Part shown: positions 18,561-28,134 of the stretch, piece by piece
How positions within the stretch are numbered: the stretch's first letter is position 1
How the letters are laid out: every line of letters starts with the position of its first letter
NCBI GenBank assembly: GCA_965204755.1
Contig: OZ242011.1
Span: forward strand, 128,001-192,000
Direction of reading: 5' to 3'
Source: Candidatus Marinacidobacterium sp.
GTDB taxonomy: Bacteria > Acidobacteriota > Vicinamibacteria > Marinacidobacterales > Marinacidobacteraceae
DNA length: 64,000 nt
Made by a program: the position numbers and the translations under genes
Notes under the pieces: model-generated
Database searches by the model: none
The model's input: the letters and a program-made list of their open reading frames with translations, nothing else
Told to the model about the DNA's origin: nothing

Positions 18561-20030
18561 ATGGACGGGTGGCTCGTCGTCTTCCTGACCACGGTCGCCT
18601 ACCTGCTGCTGACGCTCGCCATCGGCGTCTTCTCCGGCCGGCGGGCCTCCAACACGCCGGAGGGGTTCATCGCCGGCGACCGGAACCTCGGCTTCCTGGT
18701 CCTCTACTTCATCATGGGCGCTTCCATCTACAGTGCCTTCGCCTTCCTCGGCGCGCCGGGGTGGGCGTACTCGCGGGGCGCGGCCGCGTTCTACATCGTC
18801 TCCTACGGGACGGTGGGGCTGCTGCCCTGGTACTTCCTCGGCCCGAGGATCGCCCTGCTGGGCAAGCGGTTCGGGTTCGTGACCCAGGCGGAGTTCTTCG
18901 CGCACCGGTTCGGGGGCGGGCGGGCGATCCCGGCGCTCATGGCGCTCATCAGCGCCGCCGCCCTGGTTCCCTACCTGGTCATCCAGATGAAGGGCGCCGG
19001 GTATGTGTTTTCGGTGGTCACCGAGGGCCGGATGCCGAGTTGGGCGGGCGCGGCGCTCGCCTACGGCGTGGTGCTGCTCTATGTGGCGCGGAGCGGCGTC
19101 ATGGGGGTCGGCTGGACGAACACCTTCCAGGGGATCCTCATGCTGGGGCTCGCCTGGGGCCTCGGGCTCTACCTCCCGTGGAAACTCCACGGCGGCGTCG
19201 GCCCCATGTTCGAAGGCCTCGCCGCCTCGGTCCCGGAGATGCTGACGGCGCCCGGCCTCGACGCCGCCGGGGCGCCCTGGAGCCTCGGGGCGTACTCCAG
19301 CGCCGTGGTCGTGTCCGTCCTCGGCTTTTCGGTCTGGCCGCACTACTTCATGAAGATCTACGCCGCCCGCAGCGTGCGGACGCTGAAGCGGATGGTGGTC
19401 TTCTACCCGACCTTCCAGGTCTTCCTGATCCCGGTGCTGTTCATCGGTTTCGCGGGGATCGCCGCGTACCCGGGGGTGGCGCCGGCGGACACGATCCTGC
19501 CCACGATCCTCATGGACCTCGACCTGGCGCCGCTCACGGTGGGGCTGTTCTGCGCCGGCGCGCTCGCCGCGTCCATGAGTTCCGGCGACGCCATCCTCCA
19601 CGCCGGCGCCTCGGTGCTGGTCAAGGACCTCGAAGGCCCCCTCCGCCGGCGCGCGCTCCCGCCGGCGGCGGAAACCCGGCGGATCCGCTGGACGGCGCTC
19701 GGCATGGGGTCGCTCGCCTACTACCTGGCCGTCGGCTCGGAGGCCTCGCTGGTCGGGCTGCTCCTGCTCTCCTACGGCGCCATCGCCCAGTTCTTCCCCC
19801 TGCTCATCGCCGCGATGTTCTTCCCGGGAACCACCCGCGCGGGGGCGATCTCCGGCCTCGGCGCCGGCTGCGCCGCCGCGCTCCTCCTGAACCTCGTCCC
19901 CGAACTGGCGTTCTACGACATCCACCCGGGGGTGTACGGCGCCGCGGTGAATGTCCTCGCCATGGCGCTCGTCTCGCGCTTCACCGCCCCGCCTCCCCGG
20001 GAACGGGTCGAGCCCTACCTGATGCGGTAG
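18561..20030 (+). CDS. Sodium:solute symporter (SSS) family transporter
   Basis: FIAGDRNLG, SAFAFLG, GWTNTFQG and ALAASMSSGD motifs, with about 13 TM helices. Confidence 0.92.
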   Translation: MDGWLVVFLTTVAYLLLTLAIGVFSGRRASNTPEGFIAGDRNLGFLVLYFIMGASIYSAFAFLGAPGWAYSRGAAAFYIVSYGTVGLLPWYFLGPRIALLGKRFGFVTQAEFFAHRFGGGRAIPALMALISAAALVPYLVIQMKGAGYVFSVVTEGRMPSWAGAALAYGVVLLYVARSGVMGVGWTNTFQGILMLGLAWGLGLYLPWKLHGGVGPMFEGLAASVPEMLTAPGLDAAGAPWSLGAYSSAVVVSVLGFSVWPHYFMKIYAARSVRTLKRMVVFYPTFQVFLIPVLFIGFAGIAAYPGVAPADTILPTILMDLDLAPLTVGLFCAGALAASMSSGDAILHAGASVLVKDLEGPLRRRALPPAAETRRIRWTALGMGSLAYYLAVGSEASLVGLLLLSYGAIAQFFPLLIAAMFFPGTTRAGAISGLGAGCAAALLLNLVPELAFYDIHPGVYGAAVNVLAMALVSRFTAPPPRERVEPYLMR

Positions 20031-20295
20031 GCCGGGCGCCGCGCGGCGCCCGACCGCGCCCGCCGCGGGAAGTCGGGGGCCGGCAGCCCGTGGAGAAAGT
20101 CGGGAGAGCCCTCGTCGGCGCGAAGCGCCGACCGGGGAGGGGTGCGGGGAAGGGGTGGCCCCCTCCCCGCGATAGATGGCGCCGCCGGTCCGTGGGAAGA
20201 GCGCCCCGCCGCGAAACGGAACGCGGACTTGGCGCCCCTCGCGTCGAGGAGCAGCCGGCGGGGCGCTTTTTCCACGGACTGCTACGAGGCGGCCC

Positions 20296-20982
20296 TCACC
20301 CCGAGGCGACCCTGGCCCCGATGCGGCGCGCCGTCTCTTCGCGCCGCCGGCGGCGGTCCGACCACCGGGGAGCGGCCCACATCCAGTCGAGGTCGGCGCG
20401 GGTGACGCCGGAAACCACCGCCGACTCCTCGCAAGCCGCCTCGGCGGCCGGATCGGCGCCCCGGCGGTAGATCCGGGCGCCGCCCTTCGGCGTCCAGGCC
20501 CAGACCTCCTCGACCCCCATCGCGAAGTAGTCGCCGCGCTTTTCGGCGGCCCGCGCCGGACGGGAACTGCGGTTGATCTCCACGACCAGCCGCGGCGGCG
20601 CGTGGCCCCGCTCCGGCGAGCAGGCCTCGTCGTCCCCGAAACCGAACGGCGCCTCCGGGTCGGAGAACGGCGGGTCGCCGAAGTAGAAGCACTCGTCCGG
20701 CTCGAGCACCGAACCGCGCCACTCGATCCGGAGCGAGCCGGCCGGCCAGACGCGATCCCCGACCAGGGCCCCCACCAAGTCGTACGCCTGGCGGCCCCGC
20801 GATTCGTGGCCGACCATCGGCTCGGCCACGACCTCCGCGAGCCCCCGCCGGGCGTCGTAGTCCCCGCGCCGCCAGGCGAAGTCGGCGGCGAGGCGGTCGA
20901 ACTCCGCCCGGCTCATCCGCCGGACTTCGGTGCCCCGCGGGGGCTTCCCGCCCGTCTCGTACCGAGCCATCGGTTCGGACAT
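20296..20982 (-). CDS. Uma2 (DUF820) family putative endonuclease
   Basis: LEPDECFY, PRLVVEINRSS and K...YFAMGVEEVW. Confidence 0.8.
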   Translation of the reverse strand: MSEPMARYETGGKPPRGTEVRRMSRAEFDRLAADFAWRRGDYDARRGLAEVVAEPMVGHESRGRQAYDLVGALVGDRVWPAGSLRIEWRGSVLEPDECFYFGDPPFSDPEAPFGFGDDEACSPERGHAPPRLVVEINRSSRPARAAEKRGDYFAMGVEEVWAWTPKGGARIYRRGADPAAEAACEESAVVSGVTRADLDWMWAAPRWSDRRRRREETARRIGARVASG

Positions 20983-21126
20983 CGCTCACTCTCCCTTCGG
21001 GAAACGCCGACGGCGACACGCAACGCCGACAGCCGACGGGAGCCTAACCACGCGCGCCGCGCCGAACCAAACGGAGGAGAAGCCCCCGCTCGACGGCGCG
21101 GCCGCGCGACTCGCGGCGCGCGGGCG

Positions 21127-22800
21127 TCAACGGCGGTCGGCCTCCCGTCGGTCCGCTTCCCGGTAGGCGCGGAACTCGCTGGTCCCGCTCCATTCCGGCC
21201 ACGCGTCGGAGTCGGCGACCCGGCGGCCCAGGCGGTAGAGGAACTCCAGGTCGGCGGCCATGCCGGAGAGGTCGTACCAGTCCTGCACCTCGTCGCCGGG
21301 CTTGTGGTAGGCCTCCGCCACATAGGCCGCGCGCGCCTCCATCCCGAACCCCGGGGGCTTCCCCACGAATTCGACCCCGCCGTCGGGATAGAACGCGGGA
21401 ATGCCGACCTTCGCCATCTCGAAGTGGTCGGAGCGGTAGTAGAAGCCCTTCTCCGGCTCCGGGTCCGGCCGCAGTACCCGGCCGAGTTCCGCCGCCGCCT
21501 CCTCGGCCCAATCGTCGAGTTCGGACTGCCCGAGGCCCACGACGGTGATGTCGGTGGTCACGCCCCAGACATTCATGCCGTCCATGTTGAACGCCGCCGC
21601 GGTGGAGGCCGTGGGGTAGAGCGGGTTCGCCGCGTAGTGCCGCGACCCGAGCAGCCCGGCCTCCTCGGCGGTCACCGCGAGGAAGAGCACGCTCCGGCGC
21701 GGCGCCCCTTCGGCGGCGAACGCCCCGGCGAGGGCCAGCAGGCCGGCCGTCCCGGTGGCGTTGTCGTAGGCGCCGTTGTAGATCGCGTCGCCCTCGACGC
21801 CTTCCGCCGTCCCCAGGTGGTCCCAGTGCGCGGTGTAGATCACCGTCTCGTCCGGCGCCCCGGTTCCGGGGAGGCGGGCCGCCACATTCCGGGAGTCGAG
21901 TTCCCGGAAACGGGCGGTGAGCGAGAACTCCGCGGTCACGCCCAGGGGAATCGGGGCGAAATCCGGGGAGAGCGCGGCGGCCTTCGCCTCGTCGAAGTCG
22001 CGGCCCGCGGCCTCGAACAGCGCCGCCGCGCGCCCCCGCGAGATCCAGCCCTCGACTTCCACCCGGTCCTCGCCGCCGTCCGGGGAGCGGAGGTCGAACT
22101 GCTCGCCGCTCCACGAACCGCTGACCACCTCCCAGGGATACCCCGCCGGGCCGGTCTCGTGGACGATGAGCGCGCCGAGCGCCCCGGCCTCGGCGGCGCG
22201 CTCGAATTTGTAGGACCACCGGCCGTAGTAGGTCATCGCCGCGCCGCCGAAATGCTCGTCGCCCGGCGGATCCCCGACCAGCACCACCAGGACCTTGCCG
22301 GCCGGGTCGAAGTCGGCGAAATCGTCCCAGTCGTACTCCGGCGCGGTCACCCCGTAACCGGCGAACACCAGTTCTCCCGAGGCCCGCACTTCCGTCTCGG
22401 CCCGCTTCGACCAGGCCACGAAGTCCACGCCCGGTTCCCAGGCCCCGCCCGGATCCGACGAAGCCGCCATCTCCGTGACGGTCATGCCGACGAGCGGCAC
22501 GGCCTGCTCGTAGGTCCCGTCCGGATTCCCCGGCTCGAGTCCGAGTTCCCGGAAGCCGGCGGTCAAGAAAGCCACCGTCTTCTCTTCGCCCGGCGAGCCC
22601 GGCGCGCGCCCCCCGAACTCGTCCGAGGAGAGGGTGGAGATGTGGTCGAGCAGGCGGGCCTCGTCGAACCGGGCGCCGCCGCCGGGCGCCGCGCCCCCGC
22701 TGCAGCCGGAGGCGGCGAGCAGTGCTCCGAGCAGGGCCCCGAGCAGGGCCGCGCCGGCGGAGCGGCGGAAGGAGGGGAGGGAGGCGGGGGAAACGAACAT
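21127..22800 (-). CDS. M28 family metallopeptidase with PA domain, lipoprotein
   Basis: LSSDEFGGR.PGSPGE, FAGYG, YYGRW.YK, AHWDHLG, GAYDNATG, TAEEAGLLGS, RSDH and YH..D motifs. Start placed at ATG 22800 before lipobox ASGC; the track ORF is over-extended. Confidence 0.9.
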   Translation of the reverse strand: MFVSPASLPSFRRSAGAALLGALLGALLAASGCSGGAAPGGGARFDEARLLDHISTLSSDEFGGRAPGSPGEEKTVAFLTAGFRELGLEPGNPDGTYEQAVPLVGMTVTEMAASSDPGGAWEPGVDFVAWSKRAETEVRASGELVFAGYGVTAPEYDWDDFADFDPAGKVLVVLVGDPPGDEHFGGAAMTYYGRWSYKFERAAEAGALGALIVHETGPAGYPWEVVSGSWSGEQFDLRSPDGGEDRVEVEGWISRGRAAALFEAAGRDFDEAKAAALSPDFAPIPLGVTAEFSLTARFRELDSRNVAARLPGTGAPDETVIYTAHWDHLGTAEGVEGDAIYNGAYDNATGTAGLLALAGAFAAEGAPRRSVLFLAVTAEEAGLLGSRHYAANPLYPTASTAAAFNMDGMNVWGVTTDITVVGLGQSELDDWAEEAAAELGRVLRPDPEPEKGFYYRSDHFEMAKVGIPAFYPDGGVEFVGKPPGFGMEARAAYVAEAYHKPGDEVQDWYDLSGMAADLEFLYRLGRRVADSDAWPEWSGTSEFRAYREADRREADRR

Positions 22801-22914
22801 GGGGTTCACCTGGCGCGGAGCGGCGGGTCGGGGATTCCCGGCCCGGAGGGAGGATCGTCCGGCATACTTCGGCCCGGCCGCGCGGCAGGCGCGGCGGGAA
22901 CAGGAGTTCGCGGC

Positions 22915-23391
22915 ATGAAGGATTTTCGCTCGGCCTGGACGCTCGTCCGCATCCCGGTGTACATCTCCCTGGCGGTCACCGCGGCCCGCCTGCTGGGAGC
23001 GCTCGGCGGACTGCCGGACTTCCTGGTGAACCGGGCGCCCGGCGGAACCGGCGCCCTCATCGGCATCAGTTGGCTGGCGCCGATCTTCGCGGTCTGGTTC
23101 GGACGCCGCCACGCGGCCGCCGGCGAGACCGGCTTCGCCGCCGCGCTCCGCACGAACTTCGCGTACTCCCTCGGCGCGCGCATCCCGGTGATCGCGGTGA
23201 TGCTGTTCGCCACCCTCGGCGACTGGGGCACCCACTACGACGCCTATCCCGACATGGAACACCTGAGCCCGCTGATGCAGTGGCTCCTCGGCGGCGTGCT
23301 CGCCCAGGTGCTGTTCTGGATGGGCCTGTGGACGACCTTGCTCGGCGGCCTCATCACCTGGGTCACCGCCCGGGTCTCGACTCGGACCTAG
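22915..23391 (+). CDS. Hypothetical membrane protein (about 4 TM)
   Basis: AGGAG RBS before ATG 22915. Hydrophobic helices and a WGTHYD motif. This is the tail of the shadow ORF 20176..23391. Confidence 0.7.
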   Translation: MKDFRSAWTLVRIPVYISLAVTAARLLGALGGLPDFLVNRAPGGTGALIGISWLAPIFAVWFGRRHAAAGETGFAAALRTNFAYSLGARIPVIAVMLFATLGDWGTHYDAYPDMEHLSPLMQWLLGGVLAQVLFWMGLWTTLLGGLITWVTARVSTRT

Positions 23392-23534
23392 TTTCCGGCC
23401 GCAGCCCCCGCCGCGCCGCGGGCGCGAGCGAGTGGCGGGGGCGCGCCGGCCCCTCACCGCCCGCGCGGAGAGTCCGGGAGCGCACCGGGCAGCCGCGAAG
23501 CGCCGACCGGGGGGAGGGGCGCTCCGCGGGCCGG

Positions 23535-23939
23535 TCAGTAGGCGACCGAGAGCCGGAACCGGGCGCCGGCCGCCGAGGCGGCGGCGAGGAGGGACTCCAG
23601 CCGGGCGAGTTCGCCGCGGAGGGCTTCGGTCTCGGGGAACTCGTCCGGCGCCGCCTCGACCCGCGCGGCGAGCGCCCGCACCAACGCGAGCCCGTCGGCG
23701 CTGTCGAACCAGCCGGCCGGGGTCGCCCGGTCGGGGTCGGAGTCGAACCGGAGGTCGTCGGCCAGGATCTCGGACTCCTCCGGGCTGAGGCTCACGAACT
23801 CGTCCAGCGGCTCGAATCCGGCCGCCTCCGCCGCTTCCGCGAGTTCCCACCGCGCCCGGTTCAGCGCCCGGGCGGCGAAGTCCTCCGGGACGGCGCCGGG
23901 GACCGGCCGATCGAAGGCGACGGAGATCCCGACGGGCAC
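23535..23939 (-). CDS. Hypothetical protein
   Basis: Acidic, helical, protein-like composition (PLDEFVS...WFDSADGL.LVRAL). Fills the gap between neighbours. Confidence 0.65.
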   Translation of the reverse strand: MPVGISVAFDRPVPGAVPEDFAARALNRARWELAEAAEAAGFEPLDEFVSLSPEESEILADDLRFDSDPDRATPAGWFDSADGLALVRALAARVEAAPDEFPETEALRGELARLESLLAAASAAGARFRLSVAY

Positions 23940-24010
23940 GGGTCAGCGCGGGGGCGCGGTCCGGGAGGCGTCCCGACCGGGGAACCGGCCCGCCGGACGC
24001 CCGCTCCGGT

Positions 24011-24973
24011 TCAGTCGGTGGCCGGGGCCGGCGGCTCGTAGCGGAGTTCGCCGGCCTCGAGGCGAACGCCCAGCCGGTTCTGAGGCGGCGGGGTCGGGCA
24101 GGTCGTGAACCGGCTGAACCCGCAGGGCGGGTTCTCGGCCCGGTTGAAGTCCACCAGCGCCCGGTCGCCGTCGGCCGGGGGCATCTCGAGGAACCGGGCG
24201 GCGCGGTAGGTCTCCTGCCCGCTGGTCCCGTCGCTCAGGATGAAGAACAGGTTGCCGCTCGGTCGGGTGAACGCCTGCAACCGGACTTCCTCGCCGTCGA
24301 GATCGAAGACCGCCTCGCCGTCCGAGACATACCGCTCGATGTCCCCGCGGATGTTGATCGCCTCGACCTCCCGCCGCTCCGGGTACCTCTCGAACCGCGC
24401 CTCGAACCGGTACGCCGGGTCCACCGGGAACCACCGCCGGCCGGTGAAGTTCGTCCGCAACGAATGGTCGAGGTCGCGGAGGCGGAGCGCCCGGCGCTCG
24501 CCGCTCGTGTGGAGCCAGAAGCGGATCCGGTCGTCGAGATGCACGGCGCCGTCCTCGCCCGCTTCGAGTTCCCCTTCGGTGAACGGCTCGCCGCCGACCC
24601 GGGCGGACACGCCCTCGGCGACCCGGGCAGTCGCCACGCCCTCCTCCGACCAGGTGACGGTGACCGCCGCCGCCGGGAAGCGGGCCGGGAGGCGGAGGGC
24701 CGCGTCGCCGCCGCTCCCGACCACATGCTCGCCGGGCGTCAGGAAGTGGAGGTCGGCCACGGTGAGCCAACTCCCGTCGGAGCGGAGGTCCGTCTCCTGC
24801 TCGGCGCGCCAGGCCTCTTCCGCCTCGCGGTAGGCGTCCGGGTCGAAGGCCCCGCCGCCCGAACACGCCCAGGCCGCCGGGGCGAAGGCGGCGAGGAGGG
24901 CGAGTCCGAACGCGCGGCGGCGCCCGGAGTTCCGCGGGAGTCGAAAGCGAAGCGAAGGCATGACGGCGGGCAT
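24011..24973 (-). CDS. DUF1684 family lipoprotein
   Basis: WFPVDPAYR, D.TSGQETY.AARFL and DFNRAENPPCGFS.F.TCP.PPPQNRL...AGE. Lipobox AWAC. Confidence 0.88.
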   Translation of the reverse strand: MPAVMPSLRFRLPRNSGRRRAFGLALLAAFAPAAWACSGGGAFDPDAYREAEEAWRAEQETDLRSDGSWLTVADLHFLTPGEHVVGSGGDAALRLPARFPAAAVTVTWSEEGVATARVAEGVSARVGGEPFTEGELEAGEDGAVHLDDRIRFWLHTSGERRALRLRDLDHSLRTNFTGRRWFPVDPAYRFEARFERYPERREVEAINIRGDIERYVSDGEAVFDLDGEEVRLQAFTRPSGNLFFILSDGTSGQETYRAARFLEMPPADGDRALVDFNRAENPPCGFSRFTTCPTPPPQNRLGVRLEAGELRYEPPAPATD

Positions 24974-25030
24974 CGTAACCGGCCGCCGGCCGGACGGGGC
25001 CGGGTGGTACCGGGCGGGGCCGGGCCCGGA

Positions 25031-26171
25031 TTACGCCCGCCGGGCCTCCGGCGCCGGGCCCGGCGCCTCCTCGGCCGCCGCAGTCGCCGCGAACGCCAGC
25101 CCCGCGCGGATGAACGAGTCGAGATCGCCGTTCATCACCCGCTCCACATCGCCGACCTGGTGGTTCGTCCGGTGGTCCTTCACCATCCGGTAGGGCTGGA
25201 AGACATAGGAGCGGATCTGGTTCCCCCAGGCGATCTCCCCCGCGCTCTCCTTCTGCGCCTGCTCCTCGGCCTTCCGCTCCCGCGCGGCGCGGTCGTAGAG
25301 GCGGGCGCGGAGCACCTTCATGGCCGAGTCCCGGTTCCGGTGCTGGGACCGCTCGTTCTGGCAGGAGACCACGATCCCGGTCGGCAGGTGGGTGATACGC
25401 ACCGCCGAGTCGGTCACATTCACATGCTGGCCGCCCTTCCCGCTCGCCCGGAAGGTGTCGATCCGCAGGTCGGCGTCCGCGATCTCGACGGTGATCCGGT
25501 CGTCGAGGTCGGGGAATGCGGAGACCGATGCGAAGGAGGTGTGGCGCCGATGCTGGCCGTCGAAGGGCGAGAGCCGCACCAGCCGGTGGACCCCGGCTTC
25601 GACCCGCAACCGCCCGTAGGCGTGTTCGCCCTTCACCTCGAAGGTCGCGCCCTTGATTCCGGCTTCCTCGCCGGGCTGGCGGTCGAGCATCTCGATGTCG
25701 AAGCCCCGGCCCCGGGCCCAGCGGATGTACATCTCCACCAGCATCTCGGCCCAGTCCTGGGCGTCCGTCCCGCCGGCGCCGGCGTTCACGGTGACGATGG
25801 CGTCTTCGCGGTCGTGTTCCCCGAAGAACAGCCGCCGGAGTTCGAGTTCGTCGAGTTGGGAGGCCAGTCGGCCGCAGTGCTCCCGGAAGTCGGACTCGAC
25901 CTCCTCCCCTTCCCGGAGCCACTCGGCGAGCGTTTCCGCCTCGTCCACCAGCGCCTCGAAGGTCCGCCGCCGCTCCAGGTCGGCGGCCAGCGCCGCGCGT
26001 TCGCGGGAGAGTTCCTCCCCCCCGCCGGAGGCGCCCCAGACCGCGGCGTCGCTGAGCCGCTCGTCGAGTTCGGCGACTCGGGCGGCTACCGCTTCCGGGT
26101 CAAAGAAACCCCCGGACGACGGAGACCCGGTCGAGAAGGGTTCGGTAGTGCTCGAAGAGTTCCTGGCTCAT
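25031..26171 (-). CDS. prfB: Peptide chain release factor 2 with +1 programmed frameshift
   Basis: GAGGTDAQDWA, RLVRLSPFD (SPF), GGQHVN and WGNQIRSYV motifs. The upstream frame from ATG 26171 reads 23 codons to CGG GGG TTT CTT TGA C (slip site 26105-26099) and continues in the +1 frame. Confidence 0.96.
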
Positions 26172-26272
26172 GGCGATCGCCCGCGGGGCGGCGAAATGCT
26201 AACCACGCGGCGCCGGCGGCCGCCGCCCGGAAGGGGCGGAGCGGCGGCCCGGCGCCCTTACGGGTCCCCGTT

Positions 26273-27055
26273 TCAGCGCGTGGTGACCATGGCGGCGTAC
26301 TCCTGTTTTTCGAGTTGCGCCGCCACTTCCCGCGCGGCCTCGCGGGTGGAGAAGCCGCCGACGCGCACCCGGAACACGCCGCTCGGCGCGCCTTCGAGAT
26401 AGGCGTCCATCCCCTGCCCGGAGAGTTGGGCCACCATCTGCTCCGCCGTTCCCCGGTTCTTGAACGCCGCCACCTGGATGGTGAAGGGCCCGGCGGGCGC
26501 GGCGCGGCGGGCCGCCGGACGAGCGGCGGCGGAGGCCGGCCGAACCTGCCCGGCGGCCCGCGCCAGGTGCTCGGGGCTCGTCGAGGCGATCCGCACCGGG
26601 CCTTCGACCCGGGCTTGCGGCGCCGCGCCGGCGGACGGCGCGGAGGCGGGAGGGGGCGCCGGACGCGCCGCGGGCTCGGCGATCGGGAGCCGCACGCTGC
26701 CCGGATTCCCGGTCCGATTTCCGGCCGGCGGCGCGGCGGCGGCGGTCCGGACCGCCGGCCGCTCGGCCGGCGCGGGCGCCGCCGGGGCCGGGGCGGGCGT
26801 CGGCGCCGGACCCTCGGGGGCGGCGCTCTCCGCCGGCGCGGAGGGCCCGGCCGAAGGGGTCGAAGCCTCCACCGCGGACGGCGCGGCGCGGCGGGCCGCG
26901 ATGGCCTCCGCCGCCCCGGGGGCCATGCCCCGTCCGATCACGATCCCGCCGACGAACACGCCGCCGACGATGACGACCAGCACGGCGAGCAGCAACGCCA
27001 ACTGCCGGGTCGAGAACTGGACATCGTAGTGGTCGCTGTCCTGGTATCCGCTCAT
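26273..27055 (-). CDS. SPOR domain cell-division/peptidoglycan-binding membrane protein
   Basis: Single TM, Pro/Ala linker, then FTIQVAAF...A......L......Y...FRVRVGGF..REAA. Confidence 0.88.
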   Translation of the reverse strand: MSGYQDSDHYDVQFSTRQLALLLAVLVVIVGGVFVGGIVIGRGMAPGAAEAIAARRAAPSAVEASTPSAGPSAPAESAAPEGPAPTPAPAPAAPAPAERPAVRTAAAAPPAGNRTGNPGSVRLPIAEPAARPAPPPASAPSAGAAPQARVEGPVRIASTSPEHLARAAGQVRPASAAARPAARRAAPAGPFTIQVAAFKNRGTAEQMVAQLSGQGMDAYLEGAPSGVFRVRVGGFSTREAAREVAAQLEKQEYAAMVTTR

Positions 27056-27159
27056 GGGGCGCTCCTCCGGAGTAGGCGGCCTCGAGGGGCCGCGGAACCT
27101 GCCGGCGATCCCCCGCCGGGCCCCGCCGAAGCGAGGTCCGGCGGCGCCGGTACTCCTAG

Positions 27160-27201
27160 ATTCTATGCCAACTTAGGCGCACTATGTCAAGTGATACTTG
27201 A
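27160..27201 (-). promoter_or_regulatory. Sigma70-type promoter (TTGACA-19 bp-TAGAAT) with overlapping palindrome TCAAGT-GAT-ACTTGA
   Basis: AT-rich patch. -35 at 27190-27185, -10 at 27165-27160, inverted repeat at 27187-27201. Lies upstream of the SPOR gene and prfB. Confidence 0.55.
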
Positions 27202-27259
27202 AGTGTTGCGCGCCGGCGGCGGCGACCGGCGCGGGGCGCCGGCGCCGGACGGGCCGACT

Positions 27260-28069
27260 TCAGCCCGAGGAGGCGGGGCCGCCGCCCTCCCCGCCCCGGG
27301 GCTTCGAGGGGAGGGCGGTGGTCTCGACGAAGGGCTTCACCAGGTCGAGCGGCAGCGGGAAGACGATGGTGGAGTTCTTCTCGGCGGCGATTTCGGTCAG
27401 CGTCTGGAGGTAGCGCAACTGGGCGCCGAGCGGGTGCCGGCCCACGATCTCGGCGGCTTCGGCGAGTTGCGCGGAGGCCTGGTACTCGCCTTCGGCGTGG
27501 ATGACCTTGGCGCGCTTCTCCCGCTCCGCTTCCGCCTGCCGGGCGAGGGCGCGGGTCATCTCCTGGGGCAGGTCCACATGCTTCACTTCGACGGAAGCCA
27601 CCTTCACGCCCCAGGGATCGGTCCCCTTGTCCAGAATCCCCTGCAGCCGCATGTTGAGTTGTTCGCGCTGCGAGAGCAGGTCGTCGAGTTCCACCTGCCC
27701 GAGCACGCTCCGGAGCGTGGTCTGGGCGAGTTGGGAGGTCGCGTAGAGGTAGTCCTCGACCTCCACCACCGCCTTCACCGGGTCCACCACCCGGAAGAAC
27801 ACCACCGCGTTCACCTTCACGGACACATTGTCGCGGGTGATGATGTCCTGCGGCGGCACATCGAAGGCGAGCACCCGCAGGCTCAACTTCACCAACCGGT
27901 CGATGGGGGCGAAGACCAGCACCAGGCCCGGCCCCTTGGTGCCCGGGAGCAACTTCCCGAAGCGGAAGACCACCCCGCGTTCGTACTCGTTCAGGACCTT
28001 GATCCAGTTGAGGATGAAGATGGCCGCGAGGGCGATGGCGATGACTCCGCCGAGCGGAAGTCCGAACAT
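27260..28069 (-). CDS. SPFH/band-7 (slipin) protein
   Basis: [43 protein letters not shown] and LRYLQTL. Confidence 0.95.
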   Translation of the reverse strand: MFGLPLGGVIAIALAAIFILNWIKVLNEYERGVVFRFGKLLPGTKGPGLVLVFAPIDRLVKLSLRVLAFDVPPQDIITRDNVSVKVNAVVFFRVVDPVKAVVEVEDYLYATSQLAQTTLRSVLGQVELDDLLSQREQLNMRLQGILDKGTDPWGVKVASVEVKHVDLPQEMTRALARQAEAEREKRAKVIHAEGEYQASAQLAEAAEIVGRHPLGAQLRYLQTLTEIAAEKNSTIVFPLPLDLVKPFVETTALPSKPRGGEGGGPASSG

Positions 28070-28134
28070 GGGGCGATTCCTCTGTGGTTACGGGATGGGA
28101 TCCCCGCCGGGGCGGGGGTAGCGGGAGCGGCGGC

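Noticed and set aside
20296-20982. Uma2 gene as a mobile element or defence system
   Set aside because: It is a solitary gene with no terminal repeats, transposase or partner genes visible. Such genes are commonly scattered in bacterial genomes.
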